Under the pieces are notes generated by a model that saw nothing but the letters and a program-made list of their open reading frames with translations, had not been told where the DNA came from and did no database searches. Below, piece by piece: positions 19,547 to 29,623 of a DNA stretch of 64,000 nucleotides (positions are counted from its first letter, which is position 1; each line of letters starts with the position of its first letter). The stretch is taken from assembly GCA_046710535.1 (NCBI GenBank), contig JBKEHH010000011.1, positions 30,974 through 94,973 on the forward strand, in the 5' to 3' direction. A program made the translations under genes and the position numbers. This DNA is from Pseudomonadales bacterium (GTDB lineage: Bacteria; Pseudomonadota; Gammaproteobacteria; Pseudomonadales; CAWVSB01).

Positions 19547-20275
19547 ATGACACCAGCAAGACTGAGTAAAATAAAACAAGTATTGTCTCAACGACAGCCA
19601 GATTTAACGGTTATAACTGACCATGTCCACAAAGGACGTAATTTGTCGGCTATTGTCAGAACCTGTGATGCCGCAGGTATTCAAGATATTACTGCAGTGA
19701 TAGAAGAGAACGAGAGCTATAGAGCCTTTTTGCGCGCGGCCATGGGTAGTCATCAGTGGGTTGATGTGCATAAGCAAGTCGGTTTACAGACGGTAATAGA
19801 TCAGAAAAAACAACAGGGTTTTCAAGTGGTTGCAGCACATCCTGGTGATGGAGCAAAGGATTTTCGCAAGATCGACTACACCAAGCCAACGGCTATATTA
19901 CTAGGTGGTGAACTAGTCGGGGTTAGCGGCGAAGGTTTGCAATTAGCTGATGAGTTAGTGGTTATTCCGATGATGGGTATGGTGGCATCACTCAATGTCT
20001 CGGTGGCGGCAGCAATTATTCTTACTGAGGTGCAACAGCAACGTCAGCAAGCGGGTCTCTATGAAGGGCCTAGGATTCCTAATAAACAATATGAAGAGCT
20101 ATTGTTTCGCTGGGGTTATCCGCGGTTGGCTAAGTTTTGTCAGCAACGCCATATTCCGTATCCCAAACTAAACGATGACGGAGATATTATTGATACTGAT
20201 CAGTGGCGCGCAGCGGTTGATAAATCGGCGGCAAAAACGGCGGCCAGAAGAAGAAGGAATGCGGCGTTAATCTAG
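19547..20275 (+). CDS. trmH: tRNA (guanosine(18)-2'-O)-methyltransferase
   Basis: SpoU/TrmH motifs. N-terminus LSQRQPDLTVITDHVHKGRNLSAIVRTCDAAG closely parallels E. coli TrmH. Confidence 0.9.
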   Translation: MTPARLSKIKQVLSQRQPDLTVITDHVHKGRNLSAIVRTCDAAGIQDITAVIEENESYRAFLRAAMGSHQWVDVHKQVGLQTVIDQKKQQGFQVVAAHPGDGAKDFRKIDYTKPTAILLGGELVGVSGEGLQLADELVVIPMMGMVASLNVSVAAAIILTEVQQQRQQAGLYEGPRIPNKQYEELLFRWGYPRLAKFCQQRHIPYPKLNDDGDIIDTDQWRAAVDKSAAKTAARRRRNAALI

Positions 20276-21088
20276 CGAATGACCACAATGTTTACAGTAT
20301 TGTGCATCAGTTTCATGGCCATAACGGCCACAGCTATTGCACAAAGCATTTTTTCTTTCACGGGTTATTTCGGCAGCTATACCGGCGGTAATAATACCAG
20401 TAGGCACCGCAACAATGGCATAGCCCATTAACATAGTCAGCGAGGCCAATACTTGGCCAATAAATGTTTGCGGCGCTATATCGCCATAGCCGACAGTTGT
20501 GATGGTAACAATAGCCCAGTAAATGCTTTTAGGGATTGAGCTAAAGCCGTTTTCAGGGCCCTCGATTGCGTACATTAATGAGCCAAAAATAGTGGTGAGT
20601 ATGCAAATAATAAACATAAATACCATAATTTTATGGCGCGACATTATCATCGCACGAGTTAGTATATTGGCCTCTTTCACAAAACGAATGAGCTTCAATA
20701 CGCGAAATATTCGCAGTACCCGCAAGAGGCGGACAACAATTAAAAATCCTCCACTGCCGAAGAAGAAGGTGATATAGGTGGGCAGTACTGACAATAAGTC
20801 GATCATGCCGTAAAAAGAGCGAAAATATTTAAGTGGTTGCGGCGAGCAATAGAGGCGCACAAAGTATTCGATAGTAAATAGAATGGTGAAACCCCATTCT
20901 GCGTAAAAAATCAAATCGTGATATTTATAATCAATTCCATCGACTGTAGAAAGCATAACCAGTAAAACACTGATTAAAATGGCATAAATAAGCACGATAT
21001 CGAAGAATTGACCTGCTGGAGTCTCAGTGCCAAAAATAATTTCGTTTAGCTTCCCTCTAAGCGGGGCATGAAAACCATAATTACTCAT
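20267..21088 (-). CDS. voltage-gated K+ channel (6-TM, Kv-type) with C-terminal zinc-ribbon
   Basis: S4-like helix LRVLRIFRVLKLIRFVK and selectivity filter TTVGYGD. C-terminal CNSC...CKHC pair of CxxC motifs. Confidence 0.85.
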   Translation of the reverse strand: MSNYGFHAPLRGKLNEIIFGTETPAGQFFDIVLIYAILISVLLVMLSTVDGIDYKYHDLIFYAEWGFTILFTIEYFVRLYCSPQPLKYFRSFYGMIDLLSVLPTYITFFFGSGGFLIVVRLLRVLRIFRVLKLIRFVKEANILTRAMIMSRHKIMVFMFIICILTTIFGSLMYAIEGPENGFSSIPKSIYWAIVTITTVGYGDIAPQTFIGQVLASLTMLMGYAIVAVPTGIITAGIAAEITRERKNALCNSCGRYGHETDAQYCKHCGHSLD

Positions 21089-21125
21089 AAATACTCACCC
21101 AATAAATTCTAATCAAATAATTGGT

Positions 21126-21656
21126 CTATAAATTTTGGCTATTACAATGTTCTGGCAAGCTAAGGTCGTCTACCACGTCAACCAGCACTTTTGTTGTATC
21201 ACAATCTAGTTTGGTATTGTCGGCAAGATTTACCTTTTTCAAATAGCTCAAGTCAGATAGGCGCGATACGTCGGTAATCTTGTTGTTGGAAAGATCTACG
21301 GTTTTTAGTGCTGATAGCTCGTTTAGCAAGCTGATATCCGCAATTGAATTGTCATTCATAATCAGTACTTCGAGCTTATAAAAACGCTCTAAGCCGACTA
21401 GTGTTTCAATTCCTGCGTTAGTGCAGGACAGTTTGGTTAATTGTACTACGGCAGTAATATTCTTATCTTTAACAGTTTGCAGCATACAGTCGTTTAAGGC
21501 GCCATCGGCTACGCGCATTTTGGTCAGCAGTTTAGGTGGCGTGTAAACCACATTATCGTTAATTTTTATGTCGTAGTCAGCGCAGGCTGTTAATAAAATT
21601 ACAGTTATAATAGGGCTTAGCTTTTTTAAGGTATGATGCATCCACATATTCCGCAA
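21126..21656 (-). CDS. leucine-rich-repeat lipoprotein
   Basis: Lipobox LLTAC. About four 22-residue LRRs (LEVLIMNDNSIADISLLNELSA / LKTVDLSNNKITDVSRLSDLSY ...). True start is probably one of the internal Met codons near the N-terminus. Confidence 0.75.
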   Translation of the reverse strand: MRNMWMHHTLKKLSPIITVILLTACADYDIKINDNVVYTPPKLLTKMRVADGALNDCMLQTVKDKNITAVVQLTKLSCTNAGIETLVGLERFYKLEVLIMNDNSIADISLLNELSALKTVDLSNNKITDVSRLSDLSYLKKVNLADNTKLDCDTTKVLVDVVDDLSLPEHCNSQNL

Positions 21657-21716
21657 AAATGGTTTGCGGCAAGTTTAGCATAGCTAGAGGCTGTGTCTTG
21701 TAAGGAAAATTACTGA

Positions 21717-22949
21717 ATGGCTTTTGATCCAAACAATACCATCGATAATGCAGACAGCGCGAAGATTGGTATTACACAGCGGGGAAACCTAAAGTTTTTA
21801 GAACAAGCGCTGCGTGAGTATTGGAATCTTGGACAAAACAATGTGTTGTGCTGGAGTATTAACAGTGCCGGTATTAGCGTGCTAATGGTGCCACATTATT
21901 TTTTAGCACAGTTTTCATCCAGCATAGAAAACATTGCTTCTAAAGATCGATTAGACGCTTTGAATGGTCGTTTTGTTCGTAAGTTAATTGCGGGTAAGCG
22001 CCAGATGGGTGAAGAAGAGTATGCCGGCACAGCTAGACGATTTGATATAACTCCTACCCAAATAGATCTTCCTGTGCCGATTGGTAAAGATGGGCCAGTT
22101 CTAGGCGTTATTGAGTCTATGGTGCGTCGTTACAGTATCAGTTATGTGAGTAAACGAGCGGTACTATTATTTGATATTGTCGATTTTTCCTTGTTTAGTC
22201 CGTTTGAGCAAACTAGTCAGATCAGCAGCTTGTCTTATTCATTAAATGCGGCGTTTAGTAAAATGCTAGCTCATAATATTAATATCGACTTTGCGCGTAC
22301 TACTACTGGTGATGGTTTTTATATTTGGAATCGCAACGTAGATACGATGGCCGATACCCATTTATTTCAATTTATGCTGATGGTGATGGCAAATAATGCA
22401 GTGGCGCAGTCAAAGGCCATGGGTAGAACTGTACCAACAATACGTACAGGCTTTCATGTGGGTAGTCATTACGAATTTTACCAAGCTCAGGGCGTTAATC
22501 CGACAATGTTTAGTTATATCGTTGGCGATGTCACCATTGAGTTGGCGCGTATTCTTGAATCAGCTGCTCCCGGTCAAATCTATATCGGTGATTTTACTAC
22601 CAATATGCCAACTTCCAGTCGTGATTCAGCATTTTTGATAGAAGTAGATAGCGCCCGTTTTGTTGAGCGTGCGCGTAAGCATTTGGCTTCACTAAAAGGG
22701 GTGGAGCTATCTGGCGGTGGTATTGAATCAATCCATTGTTTTTTGACGGGTGAAACCAGTGTTGCCGGCGGTGAGTCAATTCATCGATTTAAAATTATCG
22801 ATAAACATGGCCTTAGTCGTAACGCCTACAATCTTCGAGTTAATATTCAAACAACTCATGGGCGACCAATTTTATTAGGCTCAAATGCTCGTGCCAATAC
22901 TACAGACCGTGTTACCGGTGGTATAATGCGTAGCTCTCGCGAGAAATAA
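21717..22949 (+). CDS. protein with a divergent class III nucleotidyl cyclase homology domain
   Basis: Residues ~146-295 follow the CHD motif order: VLLFDIVDFS (first metal Asp), TTGDGFYIW (second metal Asp), IRTGFHVGS, VGDVTIELARILESAAPGQIYIG. The flanking ~145 aa N-terminal and ~115 aa C-terminal regions are unassigned. Confidence 0.6.
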   Translation: MAFDPNNTIDNADSAKIGITQRGNLKFLEQALREYWNLGQNNVLCWSINSAGISVLMVPHYFLAQFSSSIENIASKDRLDALNGRFVRKLIAGKRQMGEEEYAGTARRFDITPTQIDLPVPIGKDGPVLGVIESMVRRYSISYVSKRAVLLFDIVDFSLFSPFEQTSQISSLSYSLNAAFSKMLAHNINIDFARTTTGDGFYIWNRNVDTMADTHLFQFMLMVMANNAVAQSKAMGRTVPTIRTGFHVGSHYEFYQAQGVNPTMFSYIVGDVTIELARILESAAPGQIYIGDFTTNMPTSSRDSAFLIEVDSARFVERARKHLASLKGVELSGGGIESIHCFLTGETSVAGGESIHRFKIIDKHGLSRNAYNLRVNIQTTHGRPILLGSNARANTTDRVTGGIMRSSREK

Positions 22950-23028
22950 TTTTCGATTTTGTGAAATCATTTAAAGATAACTCTTACTAATTCGGTTAAA
23001 AATACTAATTTAAATAATGGAGAAATTA

Positions 23029-23685
23029 ATGATTCGTCTTGGGTTTATCATTGCCTTAGTTATATCTACTACGGCTTGTATGTCGACAGATCCATACACC
23101 GGCGATCAAAAAGTAAGTAATACTGCTAAAGGTGCAAGTATTGGCGCCGTCACCGGAGCCATCATTGGAGCCGCCACCTCGAGTAAAGACGATCGCGAAA
23201 AAGGAATATTAACTGGTGCCGTAGCAGGTGGTGTTATCGTCGGCGGTGTCGGTTTCTATATGGACAAGCAAGAAGCTGCATTGCGACAACAACTAGAAGG
23301 CACGGGCGTAAGAATCGCTCGTGAAGGCGACAATATTCGCTTAATCATGCCAGGTAACATCACTTTCGATGTAAACCGTTACAATATACGCGGTCAATTT
23401 TTACCTGTTTTAGACTCTGTAGGCGTTGTCCTTGCCGAGTTTGATAAAACCACTGTTATGGTTGAAGGTCACACTGATTCAACTGGCTCGTTTGAAACCA
23501 ATCAAGTCTTGAGTGAAAATCGTGCAGGGTCAGTTAGCAGTTATTTAACGCAGCAAGGCGTGGCGTTTAGTCGTGTTCAATCCCAAGGTTTGGGCCCGCG
23601 CAACCCTGTTGCCAGTAACGAATCAGCTTATGGCCGTGAGCAAAATCGTCGGGTAGAGTTACGTTTGCTGCCAATGGCGCAGTAA
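23029..23685 (+). CDS. OmpA-family lipoprotein with glycine-zipper region
   Basis: Lipobox STTAC, a Gly-rich GAxxG repeat segment, and a C-terminal OmpA domain (GHTDSTGS...NRRVEL). The ATG at 23029 has a GGAGA SD and is preferred over 23017. Confidence 0.85.
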   Translation: MIRLGFIIALVISTTACMSTDPYTGDQKVSNTAKGASIGAVTGAIIGAATSSKDDREKGILTGAVAGGVIVGGVGFYMDKQEAALRQQLEGTGVRIAREGDNIRLIMPGNITFDVNRYNIRGQFLPVLDSVGVVLAEFDKTTVMVEGHTDSTGSFETNQVLSENRAGSVSSYLTQQGVAFSRVQSQGLGPRNPVASNESAYGREQNRRVELRLLPMAQ

Positions 23686-23692
23686 TCGCTTT

Positions 23693-24478
23693 ATGAGCGA
23701 CAGTAAAGTTATTGTTTTTTATTCAGATGACAATTTTGCTGATGCTGCGAAAGGACTAGCGCAAACCACAGGTTTGCCCGTTAAGAAAGGCACCGACTTA
23801 AAATTTGAGTCGGTGCCTTTTTGTTTATGTGTTAATGACCTGGGAATATCACTCAGGCAGTCAGGGAAAAAAGCACCTGGGCCTGTGCGAGTAGACTTTT
23901 TGGCAGGCAAGACCAAGCATCGGATGAATTATGGCGGTGGTAGAGGTCAGCTTCTGTCAAAGGCTATAGGCGTTAATAAGCGGGCAGGGCTTAAAGTTTT
24001 AGATGCTACCGCTGGTTTAGGGCAAGACAGTTTTGTGCTGGCTACCTTGGGTTGCGATATGACATTAATCGAGCGCTCTCCAGTCGTGGCAGCATTGCTA
24101 CGTGATGGTATTGAGCGCGGCTTACAAGGCGACGATGAGGTCGCTGCAGTGCTTGGTCGAATGAATTTAGTCTGCGCAGACTCTATAGATTATTTGCGGC
24201 AATTAGCAGAGCCTGTGGATGTAATTTATTTAGACCCTATGTATCCACATACCGATAAAACCGCCAAAGTAAAAAAAGAAATGGCAGTCTTTCGTGAGAT
24301 TGTCGGTCAGGATTTAGACCATCAAAAACTACTAGCTGAGGCCTTAGAAAAAGCAATTTATCGGGTAGTTGTTAAGCGCCCAAGACTAGGGGCTGAAATT
24401 AGTAGTACTAAACCAGCACTGCAGTTAATGGGTAAATCATCGCGCTTTGATATTTATACTAATAAAGGTCTTAGCTAA
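23693..24478 (+). CDS. rsmJ: 16S rRNA (guanine(1516)-N(2))-methyltransferase
   Basis: GGGRGQ, DATAGLGQDSF, YLDPMYPH and KKEM motifs are colinear with E. coli RsmJ. Confidence 0.9.
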   Translation: MSDSKVIVFYSDDNFADAAKGLAQTTGLPVKKGTDLKFESVPFCLCVNDLGISLRQSGKKAPGPVRVDFLAGKTKHRMNYGGGRGQLLSKAIGVNKRAGLKVLDATAGLGQDSFVLATLGCDMTLIERSPVVAALLRDGIERGLQGDDEVAAVLGRMNLVCADSIDYLRQLAEPVDVIYLDPMYPHTDKTAKVKKEMAVFREIVGQDLDHQKLLAEALEKAIYRVVVKRPRLGAEISSTKPALQLMGKSSRFDIYTNKGLS

Positions 24479-24481
24479 GCG

Positions 24482-24847
24482 TTAATGTCCTTGCCAATCA
24501 ATTAGGCTCTCACCATCGCCATCGATTCTCCACCAGCGATCGTCATTGCTGTCTTCCTTCCAGCCACCTTGGCTTGCTCGAATTTCCTTCTCAAAATACT
24601 GCCATGCTTGTTTGGCGCAATCTAAATCGTCTGCCCATGATGTTTGGTCTGATTGAAACCAAATAGAGGTGAATTTCCCGCTGTTTATTGTAAATACGGT
24701 AATAGATTTGTCACCAGTATCGGCTACAATTTTATTAGTATTGCGGTTAACGGGTGTAAGTTGTGTTTGCCAGCCTAGATGTTGTAGCCAGTGCTCGGCT
24801 TTAGCTGGATTAATATTTTTAACGTAAATTTCTATATCAGATTGCAT
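24482..24847 (-). CDS. hypothetical protein (121 aa, acidic, Trp-rich)
   Basis: ORF begins 6 nt downstream of the dapE stop on the same strand. No recognisable motif. Confidence 0.5.
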   Translation of the reverse strand: MQSDIEIYVKNINPAKAEHWLQHLGWQTQLTPVNRNTNKIVADTGDKSITVFTINSGKFTSIWFQSDQTSWADDLDCAKQAWQYFEKEIRASQGGWKEDSNDDRWWRIDGDGESLIDWQGH

Positions 24848-24853
24848 AAAATG

Positions 24854-27038
<2,185 letters not shown>

Positions 27039-27053
27039 GTTATCTATCAACCT

Positions 27054-27401
27054 CTAATTAAATATTGCATGGTATTGGTCGGCTTCAAAGCCAACAAATA
27101 CAGAATCGTCGATGGTTAGCACAGGACGTTTTATCAGAGTTGGATTTGCTAACAATAAACCCAACGCGGTCTGCTCGCTTAAACCTTCCTTTTGCTCGTC
27201 GCTTAACTGCTTCCAGCTGGTAGAGCGTTTATTAACTACTACATCAAGCCCAGCCAGATCTAACCAACGTTTAACTTCCGTCTTGTCTACACCATCTTCA
27301 CGTACGTCTACGAAAGTGTAATCACTGCCGTTAGCTTCTAGCCATTTACATGCTTTCTTTACAGTGTCGCAGTTTTTAATACCGTATACCGTTGCGGGCA
27401 T
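27054..27401 (-). CDS. yffB: ArsC/Spx-family protein YffB
   Basis: VYGIKNCDTVKKACKWLE N-terminus and IKRPVL closely match E. coli YffB. Confidence 0.85.
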   Translation of the reverse strand: MPATVYGIKNCDTVKKACKWLEANGSDYTFVDVREDGVDKTEVKRWLDLAGLDVVVNKRSTSWKQLSDEQKEGLSEQTALGLLLANPTLIKRPVLTIDDSVFVGFEADQYHAIFN

Positions 27402-27636
27402 GGAATTGTCCTGTATTGGTGTTTTAATTGCCCAGTTCTAAGGCTAAGTAGCATACCATTGGAAGCGTATTTGGTTAAGCAATAGAGGCAATAATTACAG
27501 CGTTTCGACAAGATGATCTTGGAGGGCTAAATCTCTTGTGATTTAAACTGTGTGCTATACGGTAGAGTAACATTCCCGTTTTGTCATTTATCTATCCGCT
27601 TGATAGCTGGCCGAGCGCTAAGTATTAGGCAGCTTA

Positions 27637-28287
27637 ATGACAAACCTTCGCTACAGCTTCCAAACCATTGAGTTTGGCAAGATAGACATTCATCTTTGTA
27701 CCTTGCGTGACAATCAAGAATTCGACGATCCTGAAGGTGTCGCTGAAAAACTGGGCATATCATCGGCGTCTTGGCCAATATTTGGCATTATTTGGCCATC
27801 AGCCTTAGTACTTGCCCATCATATTTATGATTACGACACTGGCACTATACGAATCTTAGAAATAGGCTGCGGTATGGCCTTAAGTAGCTTGCTGTTAAAT
27901 AAACAGCATGCCGATATTACTGCTACTGACTATCATCCCGAGGTTGGCAGGTTTTTAATAAGAAATACTTTGTTAAATGAGGATCAACCCATTAACTATA
28001 AACAAGCCGACTGGAGCGTTAGTGATTATGAACTAGGCTTGTTTGATTTAATAATTGGCAGCGACTTGTTATATGAAGAAGAGCATATTGAATTACTGGC
28101 TAACTTTATTGAGCGACATGCTCAGCCGTCTTGTGAAGTAATTTTGGTTGACCCAGGAAGGGGTAGGAAAAACAAGTTAACTGCCAAGATGATTGAGTTT
28201 GGGTTTAGCTCGAGCCATTCAAAGCCTGCTCATACAGATTATTTAGAGAAAGAGTTTAAAGGGCATATTTTGACGTTTATACGATGA
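27637..28287 (+). CDS. class I SAM-dependent methyltransferase (protein-lysine-MTase-like)
   Basis: Motif I ILEIGCGMALSS, then a post-I acidic residue (TATDY) and GSDLLYEEEH. Confidence 0.75.
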   Translation: MTNLRYSFQTIEFGKIDIHLCTLRDNQEFDDPEGVAEKLGISSASWPIFGIIWPSALVLAHHIYDYDTGTIRILEIGCGMALSSLLLNKQHADITATDYHPEVGRFLIRNTLLNEDQPINYKQADWSVSDYELGLFDLIIGSDLLYEEEHIELLANFIERHAQPSCEVILVDPGRGRKNKLTAKMIEFGFSSSHSKPAHTDYLEKEFKGHILTFIR

Positions 28288-28303
28288 AATCATTTAGCAT
28301 ATG

Positions 28304-28346
28304 GGCGAGTTACCTTTGTTTTCACACAAAAGAAAGGTAACTCGCC
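28304..28346. repeat. perfect 14-bp inverted repeat (hairpin, 15-nt loop) between convergent genes
   Basis: ggcgagttaccttt (28304-28317) pairs perfectly with aaaggtaactcgcc (28333-28346). No U-tract on either strand. Confidence 0.6.
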
Positions 28347-28374
28347 ATCAGGCGAAACCTGACTAAACCAATTT

Positions 28375-28947
28375 TCATACACTTTTTTGTAGATCAGGGA
28401 TCACATCTTCCTCAAACCACGCATTCCTCTTAATCCAAATATTATTCCTCGGACTAGGATGTGGCAGCGGTAATAACTCCGGCCAATATAGCTTCCACTG
28501 CCTGACAGTCTCCGTCAAATTCTGTTGCATAGAATCACGCATATGCCAACGCTGCGCATAACTGCCAATAACCAATGTAAGTTCAATTCTAGGCATCAGG
28601 TCTAAAAACTGCTGTCGCCATTGCGGTGCGCATTCTGGCTGTGGTGGTAAGTCACCAGATTTACCTTTGCCAGGGTAACAAAACCCCAAAGGTAAAATAG
28701 CAATTTTTTCTGAGTTATAAAATGTCGCTGCGTCAATCTCCATCCAGTTACGTAAACGCTCGCCGCTTTTATCATCAAACGGAATACCTGACTGATGTAC
28801 TTTTATGCCGGGTGCTTAGCCTGCGATAAGTATTTTGGCTTTACTACTAACTTGAAATACAGGGCGTATGCCAAGCGGTAGATGATCTTTACAGAGAGAA
28901 CAGTTATTGGCATCAAGCGCGAGCGTATCTAGTGTGGTATTAATCAT
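28375..28947 (-). pseudogene. uracil-DNA glycosylase superfamily gene interrupted by one in-frame TAA
   Basis: Reverse-strand reading from the ATG (28945-28947) gives MINTTLDTLALDANNCSLCKDHLPLGIRPVFQVSSKAKILIAG*APGIKVHQSGIPFDDKSGERLRNW. This joins in frame to the 122-aa track ORF. The stop (28816-28818) replaces the Q of UDG motif A (GQAPG). Motif B (HPSPRN) is present downstream. Confidence 0.75.
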
Positions 28948-28969
28948 TTGAATACATCCGCTCTAGGAC

Positions 28970-29623
28970 TTAAGGCTTCTTAACCTGCTTAGGGGTTTTA
29001 CGATTAGGATAACAGGTGGTACAAATTTCGCAGCCGATACCGTAACAAGTCCGAGCGCTGCAATATTCGCGGCCGTAGTAAATAATTTGTAAATGCAGTT
29101 TATTCCATGCTTCGATAGGGAATACTTTTTTTAAGTCTTTTTCTGTTTTCGTCACATTGCTGCCATTGGTTAAACCCCAGCGTTGGGCTAGCCGATGAAT
29201 ATGAGTATCCACAGCAAAGGCAGGTACCCCAAAGGCTTGTGACATAACGACACTTGCGGTTTTGTGGCCAACTCCTGGCAGCGTTTCTAATGCCGCCATA
29301 TCCGCTGGCACTTCGCCGTCATAATCTTCAACCAATATTTCAGACAGCCTTTTAATAGCCTTAGACTTTTGCGGTGCTAGCCCGCATGGTCTTACTGCTT
29401 GATAAATATCTTCAACGTCTACTTGTGACATACCGTGTGGGTTGTCTGCCAGACGAAATAAATCAGGGGTTATCTGATTGACACGTTCGTCAGTACATTG
29501 GGCTGACAATAGAACAGCGACTAATAGCGTGTATGGGTCTTTATGATCTAATGGAATAGGGACTTGTTCATAAATTTCATTAAGGCGTTTAAGTATATAG
29601 TCGGCACGTTCTTGTTTTAGCAT
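28970..29623 (-). CDS. endonuclease III-like HhH-GPD DNA glycosylase
   Basis: LLSAQCTDERVN, LPGVGHKTASVV (catalytic Lys) and VDTHIHR (Asp) motifs, plus a Cys-rich C-terminus. The ATG overlaps the dapC stop by 1 nt. Confidence 0.85.
   Translation of the reverse strand: MLKQERADYILKRLNEIYEQVPIPLDHKDPYTLLVAVLLSAQCTDERVNQITPDLFRLADNPHGMSQVDVEDIYQAVRPCGLAPQKSKAIKRLSEILVEDYDGEVPADMAALETLPGVGHKTASVVMSQAFGVPAFAVDTHIHRLAQRWGLTNGSNVTKTEKDLKKVFPIEAWNKLHLQIIYYGREYCSARTCYGIGCEICTTCYPNRKTPKQVKKP

Noticed and set aside
21717-22949. Possibility that the cyclase-homology protein is a Pycsar- or CBASS-like anti-phage cyclase.
   Set aside because: No adjacent effector gene (TIR, multi-TM toxin, patatin or nuclease) is present on the same strand. 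The downstream genes are an OmpA-family lipoprotein and rsmJ. No other defence genes are nearby. It is kept only as an orphan divergent CHD protein.
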